From Candidatus Marinacidobacterales bacterium (lineage in GTDB: Bacteria; Acidobacteriota; Vicinamibacteria; Marinacidobacterales; DATDRI01): a stretch of 64,000 nt of DNA. Every line of letters starts with the position of its first letter. Position 1 is the first letter of the stretch. A program made the position numbers and the translations under genes. Below the pieces are notes generated by a model. That model worked only from the letters and a program-made list of their open reading frames with translations, was not told where the DNA came from and did no database searches. This document shows, piece after piece, positions 10,981 to 22,879 of the stretch. Location: positions 1,952,001 through 2,016,000 of the forward strand of contig CBDCNP010000002.1 of the NCBI GenBank assembly GCA_965219415.1, read 5' to 3'.

Positions 10981-11012
10981 ACGAGGAGGCCACCGAGGTG
11001 ACCTCCTCTCGT
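10981..11012 (-). terminator. Hairpin downstream of the micropeptide array
   Basis: Minus strand GAGGAGGTCACC-TC-GGTGGCCTCCTC, 12-bp stem; no clear U-tract. Confidence 0.5.
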
Positions 11013-11051
11013 AAAGTCAATTAAATCAGGACGATCGACGGAGATCGTCGT

Positions 11052-11078
11052 TTAGACCCAAAGGATTCCGCGATTCAT
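11052..11078 (-). CDS. Micropeptide MNRGILWV (separated from its RBS by IS1595)
   Basis: ATG AAT CGC GGA ATC CTT TGG GTC TAA; paralogue of 12938-12964; removing the IS restores AAGGAG-ctctgaa-ATG. Confidence 0.65.
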   Translation of the reverse strand: MNRGILWV

Positions 11079-11157
11079 TTGGGAATTATATACTAGTTTA
11101 CACTTGACCCCTGCCCCAGCCTTGTGTATACTACTTCCGTAAATAGGGAGTAGATAA

Positions 11158-11610
11158 ATGGCACACAAAGCACCCGGCAAGCACTACCGCGAAGGGCTCT
11201 CGCTCGTCGAACTAACGCGCCTCTTCCCCGATGACGCAACTGCGGAGCGGTGGTTCGTCGCCCAGAGATGGCCGGATGGCGTTTCCTGCCCTCTTTGCGG
11301 TGGGACCGAGCGCGTCAAGGAGCGCAAGAACAGGAAGCCGTCCCCCTACCACTGCGGAGACTGCCGACAGTACTTCAGCGTCAAGACGGGTTCGCTGATG
11401 CACAACTCCCCACTGGGCTGCCAGACCTGGGCCATCGCCATTTACCTTTTGACGACAAACCTCAAGGGCGTTTCGAGCATGAAGCTGCATCGAGATCTCA
11501 AAGTCACACAGAAGACCGCGTGGTTTCTGGCTCACCGGATTCGTGACAACTTCCAAGGGCAACACAGTTCCTTTCAATCTCCAGTCGCGCGTCGAATTTC
11601 TGTTCTTTAG
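11158..11610 (+). pseudogene. IS1595-family transposase N-terminal fragment (Zn-ribbon + HTH, no DDE domain)
   Basis: FPDDATAERWF..RWPDG..CPLCG...CGDCRQYFSVKTG, KGVSSMKLHRDLKVTQKTAWFLAHRIR; similarity ends before the VEVDETY motif. Confidence 0.9.
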
Positions 11611-11722
11611 GCTCCTCTCCGTCCTCTGTGACGACTACGAAGTAGTCGACCTTTCGGAATTCCAGCACCTCAGCTGAAACACTCGATGCTGCTAGACTGA
11701 GTAAACACATCAACCTGATCAT
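11575..11722 (-). pseudogene. N-terminal half (signal peptide) of an inverted passenger gene
   Basis: AAGGAG RBS, then MIRLMCLLSLAASSVSA-EVLEFRKVDYF...FDARLEI; joins in frame to 11876-12174 if 11575-11875 is re-inverted. Confidence 0.6.
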
Positions 11723-11875
11723 CTGACAAACTCCTTTGCTGGCGCATACACCGGATTCCGGAATTGGTCGCCGGGCCAGTCTGCCCGATCAAGCTGCATG
11801 TGTCGTATGCAGGTTCTCGCTTATTTCCTCCCCGGGGGAGGTCTTGTATTCGGCAAGCGACCCGACGTTGCTGCT

Positions 11876-12174
11876 ACCAGGACGCAAAACAACTGAGGAT
11901 TGTTCACGAGAAAGGCGGGGCCGCAAAGGCAACCTACGCGGAAATCCCGTTCGGGGACGTAACGAGCGTTCTGTACGAGCGGTCCAAGTCGCCGCGTGTC
12001 AAGACAGCCATCTTCCTGTCGCCTCTGGCACTATTTGCGCCAGGAAAGAAACACTGGCTCACCATAGAGTACAAAGGCGGCTACTCGTATATGCGCCTGG
12101 ACAAGAAGAATCAGCGCCAAGTGCGCGCTGCGTTGGGTGCGGCTGGATTTGAAGTCGAAGCGATGGTTGGGTAG
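11876..12174 (+). pseudogene. C-terminal half of a secreted hypothetical passenger protein
   Basis: Protein-like DQDAKQLRIVHEK...KKHWLTIEYKGG...; the upstream part of the predicted ORF is not protein-like and has no RBS. Confidence 0.6.
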
Positions 12175-12288
12175 AACGCAAGGGGCTTAGGTGAAGAGGT
12201 GAACATACCCCTTAGTTCGTTCAGTGGGGTTCGTGTCGATCCCAATCCAGCGTTGCTTCCGCCGGGCCATGTGTTCTCGATCGAAGCG

Positions 12289-12483
12289 TTAGGAAATTAG
12301 GTCTTTGGCCTTGGCGCGGTCCCACCGAGCACGGATCGCCTTTCTCGCAATTTCGCGTCGTCGTTCAGGCGTCAGCTTTGCGGCTCGGGCTTTGCCGAAC
12401 ATGACGGCGCCTGGATTCTTGCCTTCCGCCTCGGCCTTGGCGATCAGCTCCAGGAGCTCGGTTGATTGGCCTGACACAAGCAT
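12289..12483 (-). CDS. Small basic IS-associated protein
   Basis: KNPGAV.FGKARAAKLTPERRREIARKA..ARW motif, commonly seen in mobile elements. Confidence 0.6.
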   Translation of the reverse strand: MLVSGQSTELLELIAKAEAEGKNPGAVMFGKARAAKLTPERRREIARKAIRARWDRAKAKDLIS

Positions 12484-12535
12484 AGTGTATCACTAGTGAG
12501 ATGGAGGCATGGTATGGCAAAGGAGAGATTGCCCC

Positions 12536-12700
12536 ATGAAGGAGAAGGAAACCAAGCCGAAGCGTGGGCGCCCGAGCACTGGGAAATACGACGCGATTAT
12601 CCACATCGATGCTACGCCAGCACAAGTAGCGCGGTCGCTATTCGTGGGTAGGCCGAAGTCCTTAGCAGAGTGGAAACGAGAGAAGAAGATCGTGCCGTGA
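12536..12700 (+). CDS. Small IS1595-associated protein
   Basis: AAGGAG RBS; KPKRGRP (AT-hook-like) and IDATPAQVARSLF. Confidence 0.55.
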   Translation: MKEKETKPKRGRPSTGKYDAIIHIDATPAQVARSLFVGRPKSLAEWKREKKIVP

Positions 12701-12776
12701 GGGGGTTTGTGTAAACTAGTATATAATTCCCATTCATTTCAGAGCTCCTTGTGCTCATTCCAGATCCAGCTCGGGA

Positions 12777-12868
12777 TCACCCGTTAAAAATCAACGCGGG
12801 AGCGGTTCGCTCTTCGAGCTCTTCCACGGTCAGTTCAACGATTTCGATTTGCCATTTTGGGTTTCCAT
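12777..12868 (-). CDS. Leader-type precursor peptide, approx. METQNGKIEIVELTVEELEERTAPALIFNG (needs +1 nt)
   Basis: AAAGGGA-ctaacaa-ATG; one extra A in the GGC AAA (A)TC run joins the ATG to the frame IEIVELTVEELEERTAPALIFNG*. Confidence 0.55.
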
Positions 12869-12937
12869 TTGTTAGTCCCTTTCTTTCAATTAGTTGTGCC
12901 GAATTAACTGAAAACAAAGACGTAAGCAATTTAAATA

Positions 12938-12964
12938 CTAGACCCACAAAACACCGTTGTTCAT
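12938..12964 (-). CDS. Micropeptide MNNGVLWV
   Basis: GGGAGGT-agcacg-ATG AAC AAC GGT GTT TTG TGG GTC TAG; paralogue at 11052-11078. Confidence 0.68.
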   Translation of the reverse strand: MNNGVLWV

Positions 12965-13401
12965 CGTGCTACCTCCCTGAGATGCCCGACCCGAAGGGAC
13001 ACGCCGACCGGGCCGGGGTTAGGAACGGAAGCTCCCTCCACCGAGGGGTCTCCGTTCCTGGACTGAAAAGGTTAAGTTGCTGAGAGGAGTGGTTCGGGTA
13101 ACGCAGCGGAAGGGGACTCGTTGGAACTGTCATGATTTCAAATAAAGGTCTTTGAATGACTAGCTCAAGAACCCTTGGTGCAGCCCCTTTCAGACCGACC
13201 GAAATTACCTACAACCTCTGCCTCTCGACCCACCTCCTTCTCGATTGACCGACAGAAACTGAAGACTTCGAAACTTTGGTCTTTCTAAGACTTCTGATTT
13301 ACGTGCGAAAAATAGACCCCATCAGCAAAACAGTCAGTGACCAGGATCACCAATGGGAAAACATGGGGTTTTCCCCTCGTTCTTTCGGCTTATACCCCAA
13401 A

Positions 13402-15137
13402 TCACCTTGTCAAGTAAAGCTCGTCACTGTTCCAAAGGGTCGGGTGCCAAAAGGGTGTGGGCTCGAGGTTTCCGAGCCGGGAGGTGGTCCCCACCAAGGC
13501 GTGGGGAACGACCAGATCGATGACGGGAAGCTCTTCGACCACCAAGGCCTGCAGCTCATCGATCAATGCCTTGCGGGCTCCATACTCGACGGTCATCATC
13601 TGTTGGCCCATCAGCTCGTCCAACCTCGCTTCCCATTCGCTGGCGGGCTCAGGTTGAGACGGGTGCCATAGGTGGAGAGGAGAGCTGCTGACCCAAAGGG
13701 GCCTCTCCGACGAGGGGTCGGGATCGGTAAAGCTAATCCCCAAAAGGCAAGCTTGGTAGTCGAAACTTCGGGTCACGCGACCAATTAGGGTCGCGAAATC
13801 GAGTGGAACGAGGTTCATTTCGACCCCAATCCGGGCAAGGTCTTCCTGGACGAGGGTGGCGGTCTTCAAACGGAAGGGATTGTCCGCATTGGTGAGGAGA
13901 GTGAACCGCACGCGATTCCCCCGCGGGCCCGAGAAGCACCTCCCCGCCCTGTTTGAAGCCGGCCTTCGCGAGCAGGTCACGAGCCCGTTGCGGATCGTAG
14001 GGCGGTGGAGCAATAGACTCGTTCCACCACCGTCGGTTTGCCGGGGTGATGGGACCGGCTGCCGGAGAAGCCAGATCCCCGTAGACGGCCTTAGCGATGG
14101 GCCGCCGGTCGATGGCCAGGGAAATGGCTCTGCGGAAACGTCGGTCCATGAACCATGCTCTCTGCTCCGCCGATACCGAACTTTCCGGGTTGAGATTGAA
14201 CCAAATTCGCTCGGGAGTCGTTCCCGGGCCCAGATCGATGAGGCGCCGATCCGAAGTTTCTTTCCCACTGAGGCTGATGAAGTGCTCCGGTGGCAGCGGG
14301 CTCAAGAGGTCGAGCTCCCCGGCGCGAAAGCGCAGTGCCAAGGCGTTTGCGTCGGATAAGATTTCAAAGGTGATTCCATCCAAATAGGGGAGCGGCTCGC
14401 CCTCGGGCCCGTACTTCCAGTAGTTCGTGTTGGAGCGGAGTACCACCCTCTGGCCGGGCACATAGCGATCGAGAACAAATGGGCCTAGGCCTATGATCGT
14501 CGCCTCGTTGGCCCCGATCCCGTATTCCGACGGCAACGTTCCTTGCTCGAGAGATGCCTCCAGTCGATGTCGCGGAAGGACGGTGATGCTGTCGAAGATC
14601 CTTTCGACGACCGCAGTTCGAAGCGGTAGCTTGAAACGCACGGTCAGCGGATCGACGACCTCCGGAACGAGCGGCTGGCCCTCGACAACCGCTAACTCGA
14701 CAAAAGGGCTCGCGACCTGCGGGTCGTGAATGACCCGGAACGTGAATGCTACATCCTCCGCCGTGAAGGGCTCACCGTCCGAGAAAAGGACCCCGGGCCG
14801 CAATTTGAAGGTCAGCTCTCGACCATCCTCAGAAAAGGACCACGACTCGGCCAGCTCAGGCTCGAGCTCCTGCGTCACCCGATTGACTTCTGAGCAACGC
14901 GGCATGAAGGCGCTCAGTAATCTGGTGGCTCACCTCATCGGTAGCGAGAAGCCGATTCCACGTCTGGGGCTCGCTACGAATTCCCACTCGCAGCATGCCA
15001 CCGGCGACCGGTGTGCCACTGATCGATGAATCCCCTTGGACCGCCACTTCGTCCGACCAACGGCAGTGAAGGGTGGTGAAAAGCGCAAGCGTAGCGAACG
15101 CGAGGGGCAGGGTAGATGCGCGCGACATCCACGTCAT
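13402..15137 (-). CDS. ABC transporter peptide-binding protein, family 5 (two frameshifts)
   Basis: Signal/lipobox-like N-terminus, GGMLRVG...EP, PELAESW, LRPGVLFSDGEPFTAEDVAFT, GLGPF; spread over ORFs 14856-15158, 13733-14905 and 13402-14268. Confidence 0.88.
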
Positions 15138-15328
15138 TAGGCCCAGCCTTTCTCTCAATAACTGTCTATCTGGAAGTTACATTCTCCATCAAAGAATGCC
15201 GAATAGCCAGAGGTTTCGGTGCCCACAGTCGCAGCGGCTAGACCTTGCGAGGGCCACCGAAGGTGAGCTAAAGTTAACTGGCTCCAAGACTTGGACTTGC
15301 GTACGAAAACCCTCTCGGACCAAAGGCA

Positions 15329-16153
15329 GTGGACATCCTGATAAACACGCTAAACATCAGCCTTCCCACGCTTTACGCCTTGGCATGGGCCGACTACGCC
15401 CTGTTGTTCTTTCGCAACGACGCCTTCGCGGAGAAGACGGCCCCTTGGCTTCTCAGACTGGCCGCGGTTCTGCACGGCATCTACCTCGTCTTGCTAGAGG
15501 CTCACCAACCGCACTTTCCGGTGGCAACCGTCTTCGAGGCCTTTTCACTTCTGGCGTTTTCGGTTTTGGTGGTCTACCTCTTCATCGAATCTCGTATCGG
15601 CATTCGCACGACCGGTTTTTTCATCGTGGGCTTGGTCTTCGCGTTTCAGCTCGTGTCCTCGGCCTTTATCACCCGTCCGACCGAAATCAATCCGCTCCTC
15701 GCGGAGCCCTCCTTCGTCCTACACGCTGCGACTGCCGTGCTGGGTTACTCGGGGATGACGATTTCGGCCATCTATGGCCTGCTTTACTTGATGCTCTTTT
15801 ATGACATCAAGAAGAACCGCTTCGGGCTCATCTACAAACAACTCCCCTCTTTGGAAGTGATGGCTAACTTCACCTACCGGGCGGCCACGCTGGGCTTCAT
15901 CTTTCTCACCGTAGCGATGGCGCTCGGGTTCGCCTTGGTGGTCAAAATCGACCAGCCGGGATGGACGTGGGATCCGAAGTTGATCATTACCTTTGTGGCT
16001 TGGCTCATCTACGGGGCGTGCACCGCAGGCCGCAGATTCTGGGGTTGGTCGCCGCGTAGAGTGGCCTTCGCGTCGTTGACCGGCTTCGCCGTCATTTTGT
16101 TCTCGTTGGTGGTCGTGAATTTTCTCTTCACCTCCTTTCACGGATTCGTCTGA
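15329..16153 (+). CDS. ccsA: Cytochrome c assembly family membrane protein (CcsA/HemX-like)
   Basis: About 8 TM segments, LPSLE, WDPK, C-terminal SFH; directly precedes hemA. Confidence 0.82.
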   Translation: MDILINTLNISLPTLYALAWADYALLFFRNDAFAEKTAPWLLRLAAVLHGIYLVLLEAHQPHFPVATVFEAFSLLAFSVLVVYLFIESRIGIRTTGFFIVGLVFAFQLVSSAFITRPTEINPLLAEPSFVLHAATAVLGYSGMTISAIYGLLYLMLFYDIKKNRFGLIYKQLPSLEVMANFTYRAATLGFIFLTVAMALGFALVVKIDQPGWTWDPKLIITFVAWLIYGACTAGRRFWGWSPRRVAFASLTGFAVILFSLVVVNFLFTSFHGFV

Positions 16154-16154
16154 T

Positions 16155-17504
16155 ATGAACCTTCTCGTCGTTGGAATGAACCATCGCACGGCTCCGATTG
16201 ACGTGCGGGAGAAGGTCGCCTTCAGCGACAGTGAAATTCGGGACATCCTCTCCCGAACCCGCGCCGAGGAGACGCTCGGCGAAGTCCTGGTTCTTTCAAC
16301 ATGCAATCGAACCGAGTTCTACGGGCTTTCCACGGACAACGGGGCGGCGGAGATGTACATCCGGAACCTCATCGCCCAGCAGAAGAAAGTGGATTTGGCG
16401 GCCCATCCCGGCTACGCCTACACGCTTTCGGATGTCGAGTCGGCAAGGCACCTGATGCGCGTCGCCACCGGGTTGGACTCCATGCTTCTCGGAGAGCCTC
16501 AAATCCTCGGCCAGGTGAAGCAGGCCCACCAGCTATCTGTGGAGTCTGACGCCTGTGGGCTGGTCCTGAATCATCTCCTGCAGGCTGCGATCGTTGCGGG
16601 GAAGAGGGTCCGCACCGAGACACGTCTCGGGGGAGGAGCAATTTCGGTAGCCAGCGCAGCCTCCGAGCTGGCCGGCAAGATTTTTCAGGATCTTTCGACC
16701 CGCTCGGTTCTGCTCATCGGAGCCGGGGAAATGGGTGAGCTCACCGCTCGCCACATGTTGGAAAGAGGAGTCTCGGATCTTACTATCGCAAACCGCACGT
16801 TCAGCAAAGCGCATGAGCTCTCGCGCGAGCTCGATGGAAAGGCGCTTCCCCTCGACCGTGTCGAGGAGGCGCTCGTCTCCACCGACATCGTCATCAGCTC
16901 TACCGGAGCCACCGAGCCCATCGTTAGCGAAGCTCAGATGAGGACCATCGTATCCAAGCGGGCGGGGAGGCCGATCTACATCATCGATATCGCCGTGCCG
17001 CGGGACTTCGAGCCACGAATAGAACGGCTGGACGGGGTCTTCCTCCACAATCTGGAAGCCTTGAATCTTTTGGTGGAAAAAAGTCTCGAGGACCGTCGGG
17101 GCGAGATTCCGCAAGCAGAAATGATCGTAGAGGAAGAATTGGAAGGGTTTCTCAATTGGCGAAACTCCCTTGCCGCCACCCCCACCATCAAACAACTTCG
17201 AGAGAAACTCAAGGAAATCCGTCGACAGGAGGTGGCTCGCTACCGCGGCCGATTCTGCGACGAGGACCAGGAGCAGTTGGACCGGCTGACGGAAGGTTTG
17301 ATGAAAAAAATCTTTCATCCCGCGATGGGCAGGATTCGAGACTGGAGCAGCAAGGGAAAGCTTGGAGCCCTCCGTATCGACACGATCTACGAGCTATTCG
17401 AATTGCCCCGCCCGCCAGGCCGGCCCAACCAGCGCGGACAGCCCGGACAGGAAGACCTCGCCCAACCTGAGCAAGACGCCAGCGACGAGGAGCCTGAGGA
17501 GTGA
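16155..17504 (+). CDS. hemA: Glutamyl-tRNA reductase
   Basis: GMNHRTAP, LSTCNRTE, GLDSMLLGEPQILGQ, GAGEMG, DIAVPRD. Confidence 0.97.
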   Translation: MNLLVVGMNHRTAPIDVREKVAFSDSEIRDILSRTRAEETLGEVLVLSTCNRTEFYGLSTDNGAAEMYIRNLIAQQKKVDLAAHPGYAYTLSDVESARHLMRVATGLDSMLLGEPQILGQVKQAHQLSVESDACGLVLNHLLQAAIVAGKRVRTETRLGGGAISVASAASELAGKIFQDLSTRSVLLIGAGEMGELTARHMLERGVSDLTIANRTFSKAHELSRELDGKALPLDRVEEALVSTDIVISSTGATEPIVSEAQMRTIVSKRAGRPIYIIDIAVPRDFEPRIERLDGVFLHNLEALNLLVEKSLEDRRGEIPQAEMIVEEELEGFLNWRNSLAATPTIKQLREKLKEIRRQEVARYRGRFCDEDQEQLDRLTEGLMKKIFHPAMGRIRDWSSKGKLGALRIDTIYELFELPRPPGRPNQRGQPGQEDLAQPEQDASDEEPEE

Positions 17505-18477
17505 GAGCTCTGCGGGTCGGGACCCGTGGCAGCGAGCTAGCGCTAGCGCAAACCCGTGGGATTGTGACGACGCTGAAGCAGCGGCTGCCTGACATTGAAG
17601 TCGAGATCCAGATCATCAAGACAATCGGCGACATTGTCATCGACCGCCCTTTGTCTCGAGTTGGAGATCGCGGGCTCTTCATCAAAGAGATCGAGAACGC
17701 CCTCCTGGATGGTTCGGTAGATTTCGCCGTCCACAGCATGAAGGACCTTCCGAGCACACTGCCCCATGGGCTCGCCGTGGCCGCGGTGACCGCCAGGCTC
17801 GACCCGCGAGACGTACTCATCTCGCGCCAGGCGCGCTCGATCGAAGCCTTGCCTCGGAACGGCATACTCGCCACCGGCAGCCTGCGCCGGCGTTCGCAAG
17901 TGCTCGCTATCCGTCCGGATCTCCGAATTGCCGAATTACGAGGGAACATCACGACAAGGCTTCGCAAGTTCGATGAGTCGAGTTGGGATTCGATGATCCT
18001 TGCGAGCGCAGGTCTTGTGAGACTCGGCCTCGAGGAGCGCATGGCAACCACGATTTCCACCCCCATTCCCATTGCCCAGATGCTACCCGCCGTGGGCCAG
18101 GGGGCGCTCGGGCTCGAAGCCCGGACCGACGATTCCGAGATTAGCGAGTTTCTCGTGAGCCTCAACGACCGGGAATCCGCGACCGCGGTGGCGGCCGAGC
18201 GCGCTCTTCTCCGCCGGCTAGAAGGAGGCTGTCAGGTGCCGATCGGGGCACACGGCCTCCTCGAGAGGGGGTTGGTCTTGGAAGCGTACATCGGGAGCAC
18301 CGACGGGCGGCAGCACTTGAGGCGTCGGGCCGAGGGAGCGCCCGAACGAGCCGAAGAGATCGGGGAATCTTTAGCGGAGCAGATGCTAAGCGAAGGGGGA
18401 GACGAGATTCTCGAGAAAACCCGGGCTGAAGCGACTGACGTGCCTGACGTTAACGAAGCAAAGGAAAAGCAATCGCC

Positions 18478-18481
<4 letters not shown>
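17501..18481 (+). CDS. hemC: Hydroxymethylbilane synthase
   Basis: GTRGSELALAQ, AVHSMKD, TGSLRR, RGNI, EGGCQVPI. Confidence 0.97.
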
Positions 18482-21630
<3,149 letters not shown>

Positions 21631-21631
<1 letters not shown>

Positions 21632-21945
21632 TGGCCGAGTTTCGAGTCGCCGATACCCAAGAAGTGCCCGAGGGCACGGGGATTGCCGTCGACGTCAAGG
21701 GCAAACGGCTGGCCATCTTTCAATATCAAGGTGAATTCTTCGCACTCGACGAGACTTGTCCTCATCGAGGGGCCCCGCTCCACGAAGGTCCTATCCAAGA
21801 GGGAGTCGTCGTCTGTCCCTGGCATCTATGGCAGTTCAATCTCAAGACCGGCCTTTCCCCCGTTAACGCGCTTTCCAAGGTCCACGTATACAAGACGCGC
21901 GTCGAAGGCAGCGATATCTTCGTGGAAGTAAACAGTGATCAGTAA
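21631..21945 (+). CDS. Rieske [2Fe-2S] ferredoxin
   Basis: CPHRGAPL...CPWH. Confidence 0.9.
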
Positions 21946-21977
21946 CAAATATTGTACTGATGACCGATAACGGGTTA

Positions 21978-22811
21978 CTAAGCAGTGGAAGCTTCGCGGA
22001 TTTTTTCCAGGGCGTCTGCGGTGAGTTCCGGACAACCCAAGGTGGTAGGGCCTGGGCCTTCCAGAGTATGGAAATCGGATCCGCCGGTCACCAGCAAACC
22101 CAATCGCGCTGACATCTCTAGGTAGTGAGAAGCGAGCTCGGGTGGATGGTCGCTGTGGTACGCCTCGATGGCCTGAAGACCATCGTCGACCATCTTCGGA
22201 ATGAGCTCGTCTCGCTTCATCAGCCCGGGGTGTGCCAAAGACGCCACGCCGCCGGCTCGCTGGATGAGGTCGGCGGCATCGCGCAGGGTCACTTTTTCAT
22301 ACCCCACATAGGCAGGGGCCCCATGGCCGAGATACCGATCGAACGCTTCCGAGAAGCCGGGAACGACACCACGGTCGACGAGCACCTCGGCGACGTGCGG
22401 ACGCCCCACGGTTCCGTGTGACGATTTGGCGAAGACGTCCGCTGCCTCTACGTGAACGTCAACCGCTTCGAGCTTCTCCAGGATCCGATGGATCCGTTCG
22501 ATACGCCGCTCCCTTGCCGTCGAAAAAAACTCGACTAACCACGGCTCCCGATGTCGAACGAACAATCCGAGAACGTGCACCGAAGCGTCTTCGAAGTTGG
22601 CGCTCACCTCGATTCCGGCGATGACCTCGAGACCGTTGTTGGACACCTTGGCCGCCGCCTTTCGAGCCGAGTCGATCCCATCCACCGTATCGTGGTCGGT
22701 CAACGCGAAGGAGGAAACATTCTCGTCAGCTGCTTTTTGAACAAGTTCTTCGGAGCTGAGTCGCCCGTCCGAGGCGGTAGTGTGGGTGTGTAGATCGTAC
22801 AGCTTTTCCAT
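21978..22811 (-). CDS. PHP-domain phosphoesterase (TrpH/YciV-like)
   Basis: DLHTHTTASDG, LTDHD, GRPH, LAHP, TGGSDFH. Confidence 0.92.
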   Translation of the reverse strand: MEKLYDLHTHTTASDGRLSSEELVQKAADENVSSFALTDHDTVDGIDSARKAAAKVSNNGLEVIAGIEVSANFEDASVHVLGLFVRHREPWLVEFFSTARERRIERIHRILEKLEAVDVHVEAADVFAKSSHGTVGRPHVAEVLVDRGVVPGFSEAFDRYLGHGAPAYVGYEKVTLRDAADLIQRAGGVASLAHPGLMKRDELIPKMVDDGLQAIEAYHSDHPPELASHYLEMSARLGLLVTGGSDFHTLEGPGPTTLGCPELTADALEKIREASTA

Positions 22812-22879
22812 CGTATGTTTTGGATCGGAACTTTTCATGCTAAAGGGCACCTTGACGGTTGTCAAGCTTTGTCCGTATC

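Larger units (their letters stand above)
11081..12731 (+). mobile_element. IS1595-family non-autonomous element with passenger genes
   Basis: Perfect 23-bp TIR GGGAATTATATACTAGTTTACAC (11081-11103 and 12709-12731); 8-bp target duplication ATTCATTT (11073-11080 and 12732-12739). Confidence 0.95.

Noticed and set aside
12969-13133. 54-aa minus-strand ORF MTVPTSPLPLRY...
   Set aside because: No RBS, runs across RNA hairpins, and the composition is not protein-like
13340-13380. Minus-strand micro-ORF MFSHW* after GAGGGG
   Set aside because: Only 5 codons, no similarity to the GxLW peptides beyond a Trp, and easily arises by chance
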